Origin: Asaia bogorensis
GTDB taxonomy: Bacteria > Pseudomonadota > Alphaproteobacteria > Rhodospirillales > CAMCUA01
Direction of reading: 5' to 3'
NCBI GenBank assembly: GCA_945878455.1
Contig: CAMCUA010000001.1
Span: 1-51,330 of the forward strand
Length of the DNA: 51,330 nucleotides
Positions 25,476 to 34,458 of the stretch are shown in pieces. Position numbers and translations under genes: made by a program. Each line of letters starts with the position of its first letter. Within the stretch, counting starts at the first letter, position 1. The notes under the pieces are model-generated. The model searched no databases. It had not been told where the DNA came from and saw only the letters and a program-made list of their open reading frames with translations.

Positions 25476-25871
25476 TCCCTAGATCGGTAAACCACTGCAG
25501 CCATCTAGCAGGCGACATACATCAGGGCGACCCCTACCCGTCCCAGGCTGCGCAGACCGATTGCCACTTTGTCGAATGATCCTTTTATTACAAATACATA
25601 GCTTCAGCGTAATGGGGAACTTCCAAACCGGGACAACCCCAAGCCCGTCCAGCGGATTTACCGCCGGGAACGACCGTCATCCGCATGGATTGGCTTTGCG
25701 TCAATGACTCGGAAGGATAATCCCGACAGTTCCATTGCCGGGCATCGCACACTGCCGGGATAACATCTCGACCTATCGCCAATCCGCTACCGACCCGCAT
25801 CCAGCCATACCGCAGGCGGCTTATCTCTGTTAGGATTTCGACTTGCATCAACAAGTCTGGCGCACACAGGC

Positions 25872-26084
25872 ATGGCAGCGAGCGGCGACGACGGTCCGGC
25901 AGTCGAAGAACGGCTGAAGGTATTGCGCTTGGAGCATCGGGACTTGGACGAGCGCATCGCCCGCATGGGGACGGCAGAAGGTGGCGACGACCTTCAATTA
26001 CAACGCCTGAAGAAGCGCAAGCTACTGCTCAAGGATGTCATCGCCCGGCTCGAAAGCGGCCGTTATCCGGACATCATCGCGTAG
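25872..26084 (+). CDS. DUF465 (YdcH-like) small protein, second copy
   Basis: 'ERLKVLRLEHRDLDERIARM...LQLQRLKKRKLLLKDVIARLE'. Confidence 0.7.
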   Translation: MAASGDDGPAVEERLKVLRLEHRDLDERIARMGTAEGGDDLQLQRLKKRKLLLKDVIARLESGRYPDIIA

Positions 26085-26119
26085 TTTACCTATCAGACCC
26101 GGATGGGCCGCCGTCTCGC

Positions 26120-26875
26120 TCAGGTCGAAGCCGGCTGGCAGGCCGCCGCCGCATCGGCAAAGACCTGTCGCGGTTCATCCCCCGGCGCCAGATGGCGTAG
26201 TCCCCAGACGACCCGTAGCCCCAGGCTGCCACCCTCTTTTTCCGCCGTTCGGCGCTCTACGGACTCGGCGATCTCGCGTGCCTTTTCCACCACCGTCTGC
26301 GCTTCGACCGGCACTAGGATAAGGCCGAGATCGCCGGTGCCCATGTCACCCAAAACGTCACCGGCCCGGATGTGTTGGCGTACCACATGAGCTGCCTTGG
26401 TCAGCGCCGCATCGGCGGCAGCACGTCCGTGGTGGACAAGCACTTCCCGAAGATTGGCGAAGCCAAGATAGAGGAAAGCAGCCCCGATGCCTGCCTGCTC
26501 GAGGCGGCTGAGAACACGCGTCATCTCGCGCTGCAGGGCGCGGCGGTTGAGCACAGGCAGGAAGGCATGGCTGTCGGCCTGCTCGGTCAGATAGATAACC
26601 TGTTCGCGCAGCCGGTCGCGTTCAATGCGGATGCGGTCGAATTCGGCCATGATGTCGGTCAGCGCTTTTTGCACAGCCGGCGTTACATCGGCCTGCGGTA
26701 CGCCCATGAGGAAAACGACATCGCCGATATCGCGCGGCAACGGCGCCTCAGCGCTGGCCGGCGGCCGCCTGCCCCCACTGTCATGGCCGCGATGTTCCGC
26801 CGCGGCATCGTTATCGCGGCGTTCGGCCGGTTGTACCGATTCAGGGTAGAGCGGCAGTCCCACGCCTTCGGCCAT
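26120..26875 (-). CDS. Degenerate GGDEF-domain protein (catalytic motif lost, RxxD I-site retained)
   Basis: The ATG at 26875 is 8 nt from AGGAG. Degenerate motifs are 'FLPVLNRRALQREM', 'AFLYLGFANLREVL' (metal Asp lost) and 'IRAGDVLGDMGTGDLGLILV' (RxxD, five residues, then GTGDL in place of GGDEF). A coiled coil lies upstream. Confidence 0.7.
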   Translation of the reverse strand: MAEGVGLPLYPESVQPAERRDNDAAAEHRGHDSGGRRPPASAEAPLPRDIGDVVFLMGVPQADVTPAVQKALTDIMAEFDRIRIERDRLREQVIYLTEQADSHAFLPVLNRRALQREMTRVLSRLEQAGIGAAFLYLGFANLREVLVHHGRAAADAALTKAAHVVRQHIRAGDVLGDMGTGDLGLILVPVEAQTVVEKAREIAESVERRTAEKEGGSLGLRVVWGLRHLAPGDEPRQVFADAAAACQPAST

Positions 26876-26959
26876 GCCAGACTCCTGTTGTCCGGACCGG
26901 TAGGTTAGCATTCCCAGCGACGTTCGTCGCCACTGGTTGCATCGCCAGGCGCGCGCAGC

Positions 26960-26987
26960 TTGCCCTATGCCCCCGGCTCCCTATAAT
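26960..26987 (+). promoter_or_regulatory. Sigma-70-like promoter upstream of purE
   Basis: TTGCCC (26960-26965), a 16-nt spacer, then a perfect TATAAT (26982-26987), 39 nt before the purE ATG. Confidence 0.4.
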
Positions 26988-27025
26988 CGCCGCCTTTCGC
27001 CAGCCGGGGCGAGGGGGAAGGCCTG

Positions 27026-27514
27026 ATGGGCGTCGAAGTCGGAATAATCATGGGCAGCCAGTCGGACTGGGAGACCCTGCGCCATGCAGCCGAGACGCTG
27101 GATGCCTTGGGTATCGCCTACGAGACCCGCATCGTTTCGGCCCATCGCACACCCAAGCGGCTTTACAATTATGCCGGCAGCGCCAAAGAGCGCGGACTTC
27201 GGGTCATCATCGCCGGCGCCGGCGGCGCCGCCCACCTGCCTGGTATGACAGCAGCAATGACCGTCGTTCCAGTCCTGGGCGTGCCGGTGGAAAGTCAGGC
27301 GTTGAAGGGCATGGACAGCCTGTTGTCCATCGTTCAGATGCCGGCCGGCATTCCGGTCGGCACGCTGGCCATCGGCCGGTCCGGTGCCATCAATGCAGCC
27401 CTCCTGGCCGCCGCCATCGTCGGCCAGCACGATGCCAAGGTGCTGGCGGCGTTGGAGGACTGGCGGGCACGCCAGACATCGGCTGTCGCCGACTGTCCAA
27501 CGGACGATACGTGA
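27026..27514 (+). CDS. purE: 5-(carboxyamino)imidazole ribonucleotide mutase
   Basis: '[17 protein letters not shown]...AHRTPKRL...[14 protein letters not shown]'. Confidence 0.95.
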   Translation: MGVEVGIIMGSQSDWETLRHAAETLDALGIAYETRIVSAHRTPKRLYNYAGSAKERGLRVIIAGAGGAAHLPGMTAAMTVVPVLGVPVESQALKGMDSLLSIVQMPAGIPVGTLAIGRSGAINAALLAAAIVGQHDAKVLAALEDWRARQTSAVADCPTDDT

Positions 27515-28602
27515 GCGCCGCCACGCCGGGTGCGATTCCGCCCGGTTCCGTCATCGGCATCATGGGTGGCGGTCAGCTCGGCCGGATGACAGCGCTGGCA
27601 GCGGCGCGGCTCGGCTATCGCTGCCACATCTTCACGCCGGAACGCGATAGTCCCGCCGCCCAAGTCGCCGCCGTCACCACGGTGGCCGCATATGAAGACG
27701 AAGCGGCGCTGGATGCCTTTGCCAATGCTGTCGACGTCGTTACCTTCGAATTCGAGAACGTGCCCGGCGCCAGCGTTCGCCGCCTGACCGAGCGCGCCAT
27801 CGTCCGGCCGTCGTGGACCTGCCTCGCCACCTCGCAGGACCGCCTGGCGGAGAAGGATTTCATCAACGGACTGGGCATCGCCACGGCACCTTATCGTCCA
27901 GTGGACGGCCTGCCGGCGTTGCAGGCCGCCGTTACCGCCCTTGGCCGCCCGGCCATCCTGAAGACAGTCCGGTTTGGCTATGACGGCAAGGGTCAGTGCC
28001 GAATCGGCGCCGATACCAATCTCCTGACAGCCTGGACCGCCATGGGTGGCCAGGCCGCGGTACTCGAAGGCTTCGTCGACTTCGAACGCGAGGTTTCTTC
28101 CATCGTCGCCCGCGGCCCCGACGGCCACCTCGCCGCCTTCGATGTCGTCGAGAACCGCCATGTCGACGGCATCCTCGATACCACCGTCGCACCGGCACCG
28201 ATTCCCGCCACCCTGGCCGCTCAAGCCGTGCGCATCGCTTCGGCCATCGCCGAAGGCCTGGACTTGATCGGTCTGCTAGCCGTCGAAATGTTCGTCGGCC
28301 GGGACGGCCATCTGCTGGTCAACGAGATCGCGCCACGCCCGCACAATTCCGGGCACTGGACCATGGATGCCTGCATCACCGATCAGTTCGAGCAATTCGT
28401 GCGGTCCGTCTGCGGCCTGCCATTAGGCTCGCCCGCCCGCCATTCCGACGCCCGGATGCAAAATCTGATCGGCAATGCTGCCCACACGTGGCCGCAATTG
28501 CTGACCGACCCGACGGCACGTGTCCATCTGTACGGCAAGGCCGAAGCGCGGCCCGGCCGCAAGATGGGGCATGTCACCTGGATTTCGCCGCGTCAGCCCT
28601 GA
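27511..28602 (+). CDS. purK: 5-(carboxyamino)imidazole ribonucleotide synthase
   Basis: The start has a GTGA overlap with the purE stop. ATP-grasp features: '[12 protein letters not shown]', '[16 protein letters not shown]', '[17 protein letters not shown]'. Confidence 0.95.
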   Translation: MSAATPGAIPPGSVIGIMGGGQLGRMTALAAARLGYRCHIFTPERDSPAAQVAAVTTVAAYEDEAALDAFANAVDVVTFEFENVPGASVRRLTERAIVRPSWTCLATSQDRLAEKDFINGLGIATAPYRPVDGLPALQAAVTALGRPAILKTVRFGYDGKGQCRIGADTNLLTAWTAMGGQAAVLEGFVDFEREVSSIVARGPDGHLAAFDVVENRHVDGILDTTVAPAPIPATLAAQAVRIASAIAEGLDLIGLLAVEMFVGRDGHLLVNEIAPRPHNSGHWTMDACITDQFEQFVRSVCGLPLGSPARHSDARMQNLIGNAAHTWPQLLTDPTARVHLYGKAEARPGRKMGHVTWISPRQP

Positions 28603-28663
28603 CGGCATTTTCGTCGATCCCGCCTTCCGTTATCCTGCGGCAACGCACAAGGGAGGCTTTCGA

Positions 28664-29668
28664 ATGAAGACCTGGGAAATCCGCGCAATCGGCGGCATCG
28701 ATTCCCTGACGCCGGTCGACCGGCCGGAGCCAAAAGCAGGACCCGGACAGGCCGTGGTGCGCGTCCGCGCCAGTTCGCTGAACTATCGCGATCTGGGCAC
28801 CGTACGCGATCCGGCATCGCGCGGCGTGACGCCGCCGTTGGTACCCAACTCCGACGGTGCCGGCGAGGTTCTGTCGGTGGGCGCCGGGGTCACCCGCGTC
28901 AAGCCTGGAGACCGGGTCGCCGGCTGTTTCTTTCAGCGCTGGACCGACGGCACGATGACACCGGAAGCCAGTCGCAGCGCCCTGGGTGGCGACCTGCCGG
29001 GCATGCTGGCCGAACAAGTGGTATTGGCCGCCGACGGCCTGGTCCACGTCCCTGCCCATTTGAGCTTCGAGGAAGCCGCCACCCTGCCGTGCGCCGCGCT
29101 CACCGCCTGGCGCGCCGTGGTCGAGGAAGGCGGCGGCATCAAGGCCGGACAGCAGCTGCTGGTCGTCGGCACGGGCGGCGTCGCCATCTTCGCCTTGCAA
29201 TTCGCCCGCCTGCATGGCGCCGAGGTCACGGTCGTATCGTCGAGCGACGACAAACTGGCCCGCGCCAAGGTCTTGGGCGCCACGGCCGGCATCAACTACA
29301 AGAAGCTGCCCGAGTGGGGGAAACTGGTGGCTAGCGAAGGCGGCGTCGACCGGGTGGTGGAAACCGGCGGTGCCGGCACCCTGCGGCAGTCGGCGGACGC
29401 GGTGCGCATGGGCGGCTGGATCGTGCTGATGGGCAATCTGGCGAATGCCGCCGGCGCCACCCTACCGGCGCCGATGATCGGCAAGATGATCACGCTGAAG
29501 GGTATCCGCGTCGGCAGCCGCGTCATGTTCGAAGCGATGAACCGGGCCGTGGCTGCAAACCTTCTACACCCCGTTGTCGACCGCGTTTTCGACTTCGAGC
29601 AGGCGCCCGATGCCTTTCGGGCTATGGAGTCGGCACGCCATTTCGGCAAGCTGGTTATCCGGGTTTAG
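28664..29668 (+). CDS. NADPH:quinone oxidoreductase-like medium-chain dehydrogenase/reductase
   Basis: ATG at 28664 with an AAGGGAGG RBS. 'GQAVVRVRASSLNYRDL', 'VVGTGGVAIFALQFARLHGAEV'. The upstream 48 codons of the ORF overlap purK. Confidence 0.85.
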   Translation: MKTWEIRAIGGIDSLTPVDRPEPKAGPGQAVVRVRASSLNYRDLGTVRDPASRGVTPPLVPNSDGAGEVLSVGAGVTRVKPGDRVAGCFFQRWTDGTMTPEASRSALGGDLPGMLAEQVVLAADGLVHVPAHLSFEEAATLPCAALTAWRAVVEEGGGIKAGQQLLVVGTGGVAIFALQFARLHGAEVTVVSSSDDKLARAKVLGATAGINYKKLPEWGKLVASEGGVDRVVETGGAGTLRQSADAVRMGGWIVLMGNLANAAGATLPAPMIGKMITLKGIRVGSRVMFEAMNRAVAANLLHPVVDRVFDFEQAPDAFRAMESARHFGKLVIRV

Positions 29669-30161
29669 GGGGACCCAAGCTTGCGGCCGTGATCAGCACG
29701 TTGAATTCCTTGCACCAGACGACAACGCTGCGGTAGCGCGCTGGATCGGTGCCAAGTGGAACGGCGTAGGACTGGCTGCCGCGAAAAGCACGCAGCCGAC
29801 CGAGATCGACACTCTGTGCCGCTTTGAAAACCGCTTCGCCGCCAATGGTGGCACCATCGACCAGATAGACATGATAGCGCGGACCGGGCCCGACCTCGAA
29901 GTCACCACCCAGATGCACGAGCGCGCTGCCCGACTCCTCCCGATAGACGGTAACGCCCCCCTTGCCCCAATGCACCGGGTCCGACGGCTTGACGTGGATG
30001 AAGGTCCCCTTGGCAAGGGCTGTTCGCGCGACCCCATCGGGCAGAACCTCTGTCGCTGCTTCATTGAGAAACCAAAAGGGGTAGATGAAGATGCCGGCGG
30101 CGAAGCCGGCAATCGCGCCGGCGAGGCCGCCGACAAGGAGACCGATGATGAGCTTCTTCAT
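29655..30161 (-). CDS. DM13-domain protein with an N-terminal membrane anchor
   Basis: TM 'LIIGLLVGGLAGAIAGFAAGIFIY', then 'GTFIHVKPSDPVHWGKGGVTVY...LVHLGGDFEVGPGPRYHVYLV...SVVVWCKEFNVLI', which is the DM13 pattern (recalled). The 3' end overlaps the qor 3' end by 14 nt, convergently. Confidence 0.6.
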   Translation of the reverse strand: MKKLIIGLLVGGLAGAIAGFAAGIFIYPFWFLNEAATEVLPDGVARTALAKGTFIHVKPSDPVHWGKGGVTVYREESGSALVHLGGDFEVGPGPRYHVYLVDGATIGGEAVFKAAQSVDLGRLRAFRGSQSYAVPLGTDPARYRSVVVWCKEFNVLITAASLGPPKPG

Positions 30162-30402
30162 GGCTTCACACTCCCCTTAGCGAGGCGGGGACCGGAGGTG
30201 GGTCCACAGCTCCGGCCCCCCGCACGTCACTTACTGGCAGATTTCTGCACGCGCGTGAAGGTAACGGCCCCGACTGTTACCACGCCACCCTCGTTTAGGA
30301 ACGGCGCCGCCGCACTGAGGCGGATCGACTGGCGCGGCTGGGCTTCGGCGTCTGGTTTCGAAGAGTAGGCCGAGCGCTCCCTTGACGATGGCGGCGCGGC
30401 AT

Positions 30403-31062
30403 TCACGCTTTCGAGCGTGTCGTTGGCCGCCAGGAGGCCGGCATGCGGAACAGACGTTTAGCCACCTGTTCCAATTGGCCACGCACTTTTGGAATCTGCA
30501 TTACGTCGTCGATGCGCCGATCGAGGAAGGCCCAAGTCTCAGCCAAGCCCTCGGAACGGTCAGCCAACCAGAAAAGACCGGTGGCACCATGCACGCCAGC
30601 CAGCAAGGCCCGCTTCGTATAGAAGCTGAAATCAGTGGCGCGGTCGCCGGCCGCATACCACATGGCGTCCACCGTGCGATAGGTCAGGCGCAGGGTCAGT
30701 GCAACGTTGCCCGGCAAGGCCAGATAGCCCATCAACCGGCGCATGGCTTCGCGGTGCGGCTCCAGCACTTCCAGCCGCGACCGCACTGCCGCCGCAATCC
30801 GTTCGCGCACGCGCAACGAGGCAAGTTCCGTCCCCTCCAAACGATGCAGCATCTGCCTGTCGGCCCAATCGGAGGCATGCTCCGCTACCTGAGCAGGGCC
30901 GCCCGGGAACAGGCACGCCGCCGACTGACCGGCGTCGGTCGCCCCGGATTGCAAGGCACGTCCGGTCCAGCCGTCGAACGGCACATGCGCGAACATGGCA
31001 ACGACAAGGCGGTCACGCGCATCCTGGCGTACTTTCGCCGCTGCTTCCCGACTGCTGGCCAT
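30403..31062 (-). CDS. COQ9-family protein ('rpsU-divergently transcribed protein' family)
   Basis: About 220 aa, all-helical, with 'RDRLVVAMFAHVPFDGWT...RERIAAAVRSRLEVLEPHREAMRRL...SFYTKRALLAGV'. It lies near a divergently oriented rpsU, as in the TIGR02396 family (recalled). Confidence 0.65.
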   Translation of the reverse strand: MASSREAAAKVRQDARDRLVVAMFAHVPFDGWTGRALQSGATDAGQSAACLFPGGPAQVAEHASDWADRQMLHRLEGTELASLRVRERIAAAVRSRLEVLEPHREAMRRLMGYLALPGNVALTLRLTYRTVDAMWYAAGDRATDFSFYTKRALLAGVHGATGLFWLADRSEGLAETWAFLDRRIDDVMQIPKVRGQLEQVAKRLFRMPASWRPTTRSKA

Positions 31063-31072
31063 CGTCGTCTCC

Positions 31073-31633
31073 CTATTCGTCGAATTCCCGGATCGCTGCA
31101 CCACCCTTACCCATCTCTTCCTTATAGCCGAAGGTAGCGAGATCGGTCATCCGACGCGGGTAGAGCAGGCCATCCAAATGATCGCATTCGTGTTGTACGA
31201 CGCGGGCGTGCATGCCGCGCGCTTCGACATCTATCGCTTCCCCTCGAAGGTTCAGCCCACAATAGCGAATATGGGTATAGCGCGGCACCAGGCCGATCAT
31301 ACCGGGCAGCGAAAGGCAACCTTCCCAATCCTCGGCCAAGACATCAGATAACGGCTGAATGGTCGGGTTGATCAGTACGGTCAGCGGCACGCCGGCAGGC
31401 TTCTCCCCCGGCTCGTCCCCTGGCGCCGTTCGGCCAGCTGGAACGAAGAAGACGACGATGCGTAAAGAGACATGCACCTGCGGCGCCGCCAGACCGATTC
31501 CCGGTGCATCGCTCATGGTTTCGATCATATCCTCAACCAAGCGGCAGATTTCTGGCTCCGTGGGATCGGCCACCGGATCGGCGACCCTGGCCAGCACGGG
31601 GTGGCCCATACGGGCGATCTTGAGAACGGCCAT
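31073..31633 (-). CDS. def: Peptide deformylase
   Basis: Three motifs: 'GIGLAAPQ', 'EGCLSLPG', 'QHECDHLDG'. The start is taken at 'MAVLKIARMGHPVL'. Confidence 0.9.
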   Translation of the reverse strand: MAVLKIARMGHPVLARVADPVADPTEPEICRLVEDMIETMSDAPGIGLAAPQVHVSLRIVVFFVPAGRTAPGDEPGEKPAGVPLTVLINPTIQPLSDVLAEDWEGCLSLPGMIGLVPRYTHIRYCGLNLRGEAIDVEARGMHARVVQHECDHLDGLLYPRRMTDLATFGYKEEMGKGGAAIREFDE

Positions 31634-31714
31634 ACGCTCTGTATTCCTTGCCGAAAACCGCTGGAACAGAACCACCGTCGCTGCCGATGATGGTATTCTT
31701 TATGCGACAGACCT

Positions 31715-31743
31715 TTGCAAACCGGAAGGGACTGTGCTAGTTA
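31715..31743 (+). promoter_or_regulatory. Possible sigma-70-like promoter of rpsU
   Basis: TTGCAA (31715-31720), a 17-nt spacer, then TAGTTA (31738-31743), 77 nt before the rpsU GTG. Confidence 0.3.
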
Positions 31744-31819
31744 CCGCGCTCCCATTGGGGCGCCATGCCTCATTTCCGCAGATCGGGTTCGCTGAACGCC
31801 CAGGAGAGTAGGATAAAAC

Positions 31820-32023
31820 GTGCAAGTCGTCGTTCGTGACAACAATGTTGATCAGGCTCTGAAGGTCCTCAAGAAGAAAATGCAACGCGAGGGCATCTTC
31901 CGGGAAATGAAATTGCGCCGCTCCTACGAAAAGCCGTCGGAACGCCGGGCCCGCGAACAGGCCGAGGCCGTTCGCCGCACCCGCAAGCTTGAGCGCAAGC
32001 GCCTGGAACGGGAAGGTTTCTGA
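31820..32023 (+). CDS. rpsU: 30S ribosomal protein S21
   Basis: '[53 protein letters not shown]', with a GTG start after AGGAGAG. Confidence 0.95.
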   Translation: MQVVVRDNNVDQALKVLKKKMQREGIFREMKLRRSYEKPSERRAREQAEAVRRTRKLERKRLEREGF

Positions 32024-32083
32024 CGCGGCTGCCGGCTGCTCAGCCTACTCGTTACCTCACGATCCCAAAATTTGAGTGACCCA

Positions 32084-32114
32084 GGCCCGCCGGCATCGGC
32101 GGGCCTATAGTGTT
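32084..32114 (+). terminator. Hairpin terminator after rpsU
   Basis: GGCCCGCCG - GCAT - CGGCGGGCC, a perfect 9-bp stem, followed by a T-containing tail, TATAGTGTTG. Confidence 0.55.
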
Positions 32115-32162
32115 GCCTGCCTTCTCGGGTGCCCCGTGGCAACGTCAGCGAGGGCACATAAC

Positions 32163-32194
32163 AAAAAGGGCGCCCCTTGCGGGACGCCCTTTTC
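32163..32194. terminator. Bidirectional rho-independent terminator (serves csp on the minus strand)
   Basis: AAAAA-GGGCGCCCC-TTGC-GGGACGCCC-TTTT. On the minus strand the hairpin is followed by TTTTTGT, about 25 nt after the csp stop. Confidence 0.8.
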
Positions 32195-32216
32195 ATTGAC
32201 TCAACCGAAAGACGGC

Positions 32217-32426
32217 TTAGAGAGCCTTCAGGTTCTCGGCCGAGGTCTTGCCGCGCTTCGGATCGCGGTGTTCCTCGAAGGAAACCTTCTGACCTTCGTT
32301 CAGGCCATGCAGGCCGGCCCGCTCGACCGCCGAGATGTGTACGAACACATCGCCGCCGCCGTTGTCGGGCTGAATAAAACCGTAACCTTTCGTGGCATTG
32401 AACCACTTGACCGTGCCATTGGGCAT
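32217..32426 (-). CDS. cspA: Cold-shock protein (CspA family)
   Basis: '[34 protein letters not shown]' carries the RNP1/RNP2 motifs. The 5' part of the longer ORF (to 32579) is non-coding-like and is probably a long 5' leader. Confidence 0.95.
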   Translation of the reverse strand: MPNGTVKWFNATKGYGFIQPDNGGGDVFVHISAVERAGLHGLNEGQKVSFEEHRDPKRGKTSAENLKAL

Positions 32427-32637
32427 CGCTGATCTCCTCGTCGTAGGTGGCGCCGCATACCGTATGGGGCGCATCGTTCTGTATCTGGGTGGCAGCGATC
32501 TGGGCCCGGAAGGCGTGGCAGGTCGGCAGTCCAAGCAGAATGACGCCAGTATAGTCAAGGGCAAGGCCACGCAAAGCAAGGGAAATGTTTTACCTCACGG
32601 ATCAGCCATCCGAAATAAAACACTAATTAGAGTGTAT

Positions 32638-34029
32638 TTAAGCCAGCCCCTGGACGATCGCTTCTGTCATCTTTTTGGCATCTCCGAACAGCATCATGGT
32701 GTTGTCGGCAAAGAAGAGCTCATTGTCGACCCCGGCATATCCGGCGCTCATGGAACGTTTGACGAACAACACAGTGCCAGCCCTTTGTACATCGAGGATT
32801 GGCATGCCGTAAATCGGACTGGCGGGATCGGTTTTCGCCGCCGGGTTGGTCACATCGTTGGCACCGATGACGTAAGCGACATCGGTCGAGGCGAACTCGT
32901 GGTTGATATCGTCGAGTTCGAAAACTTCGTCATAGGGCACATTGGCTTCGGCCAAGAGCACGTTCATGTGACCCGGCATGCGTCCGGCAACCGGATGGAT
33001 GGCATAACGCACGTCGACGCCCGCCTTTTTCAGCACGTCGGCCATTTCGCGCAGCGCATGCTGGGCCTGGGCCACGGCCATGCCGTAACCCGGCACGATA
33101 ATGACCTTGGATGCGTTCTTCAGAATGAAAGCAGCATCGTCACCACTGCCTGACTTGACCAGCCGGTCGCTGGCCCCACGGGCGCTGGTTCCTACCGCTT
33201 CGCCGCCAAACCCGCCCAGCAGCACGTTGAAGATCGAGCGGTTCATCCCCTTGCACATGATGTAGCTGAGGATAGCGCCCGAGGAGCCGACCAGTGCGCC
33301 CGTGATGACCAGGGCCGGATTGGCCAGAGTGAAGCCGATGCCGCAGGCCGCCCAGCCGGAATAGCTGTTGAGCATGGAGACAACCACCGGCATGTCCGCC
33401 CCGCCGATGGGAATAATCAGTAGGAAGCCAATCAGGAACGACAGCAGCACCAGCAGCCAGAACGCCGTATAGGATTCATGGGTGGCAAAGACCACCAAGG
33501 CGATGACGATGGCGATGCCGACCAGGGCGTTCAGCGGATGCTGCCCCATGAAGGTGATCGGGGCGCCGCTCATCACCCCTTGCAGTTTGGCAAAGGCGAT
33601 CAGCGAACCGGAAAAGGTAACGGCGCCGACAGCGGTACCCAAACCCATTTCGATCAGGCCGACAACCGGCAGCGCGCCGGGCACACCGATGCCGTAGGCA
33701 GCTGGATTGTAAAGCGCGGCCGTCGCGACAAACACGGCGGCCAGTCCGACCAGCGAGTGGAAGGCAGCAACTAGCTGCGGCAGCGCCGTCATCTGGATGC
33801 GCAGCGCCACCACGGTACCGACGCTACCGCCGATCAGCAGAGCGGTGACGATGGCGCCAAAGCTCATCACCGTCGGATTGATCAGCGTGGTTATAATGGC
33901 GATGGCCATGCCAACGACGCCCAAGGCATTGCCGCGCCGCGCCGTTTCCGGCGAACTCAGGCCACGTAGCGCCATGATGAAACAGACCGCGGCGAGCAGA
34001 TAGGCAAAACCGGCCAGATTGGAACTCAT
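32638..34029 (-). CDS. pntB: NAD(P) transhydrogenase subunit beta
   Basis: 463 aa, with an N-terminal multi-TM domain and the C-terminal dIII 'VIIVPGYGMAVAQAQH...AIHPVAGRMPGHMNVLLAEA'. Confidence 0.95.
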   Translation of the reverse strand: MSSNLAGFAYLLAAVCFIMALRGLSSPETARRGNALGVVGMAIAIITTLINPTVMSFGAIVTALLIGGSVGTVVALRIQMTALPQLVAAFHSLVGLAAVFVATAALYNPAAYGIGVPGALPVVGLIEMGLGTAVGAVTFSGSLIAFAKLQGVMSGAPITFMGQHPLNALVGIAIVIALVVFATHESYTAFWLLVLLSFLIGFLLIIPIGGADMPVVVSMLNSYSGWAACGIGFTLANPALVITGALVGSSGAILSYIMCKGMNRSIFNVLLGGFGGEAVGTSARGASDRLVKSGSGDDAAFILKNASKVIIVPGYGMAVAQAQHALREMADVLKKAGVDVRYAIHPVAGRMPGHMNVLLAEANVPYDEVFELDDINHEFASTDVAYVIGANDVTNPAAKTDPASPIYGMPILDVQRAGTVLFVKRSMSAGYAGVDNELFFADNTMMLFGDAKKMTEAIVQGLA

Positions 34030-34042
34030 CGTGCCCGGTCCC

Positions 34043-34456
34043 CTACTTCTTCTTGCTGCGGTACATGGACAGCATGCGCTGGGTGACGATGAAGCCGCCG
34101 AAGATATTCACCGCCGCCAACGTCACCGCGCAAAAGCCCATCGCCTTGGAAAAATCGATCCCTGCCGGGCCGGCTGCCAACAGGCCACCGACGATGATCA
34201 CCGAGGAAATGGCGTTGGTCACGCTCATCAGCGGCGAATGCAACGCCGGTGTGACGCTCCACACCACATAGAAGCCGACGAAGCAGGCCAAGACGAAGAC
34301 GGTGAACAGGAACAGGAACGAGTCGCCGGACGCCGCCTGGGCCTGACTGACGGCCAGCGCCGTGGCGTCGTGGGCGAGGGATGCCGCCTCCTTGGCGAGA
34401 CGCGCCGCCTCGGTGGCGAGCGCTGCGCTCTTTTCGGCAAAACTGACCGGGTCCAT
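34043..34456 (-). CDS. pntA: NAD(P) transhydrogenase subunit alpha, part 2 (membrane part)
   Basis: 137 aa. '[33 protein letters not shown]'. This is the split PntAB arrangement, as in Rhodospirillum. Confidence 0.9.
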   Translation of the reverse strand: MDPVSFAEKSAALATEAARLAKEAASLAHDATALAVSQAQAASGDSFLFLFTVFVLACFVGFYVVWSVTPALHSPLMSVTNAISSVIIVGGLLAAGPAGIDFSKAMGFCAVTLAAVNIFGGFIVTQRMLSMYRSKKK

Positions 34457-34458
34457 GC

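Noticed and set aside
25588-25854. 88-aa ORF in the leader of the EAL-CBS-GGDEF gene
   Set aside because: It has no RBS, odd composition and lower GC. The region is better explained as a long structured 5' leader or divergent promoter region.
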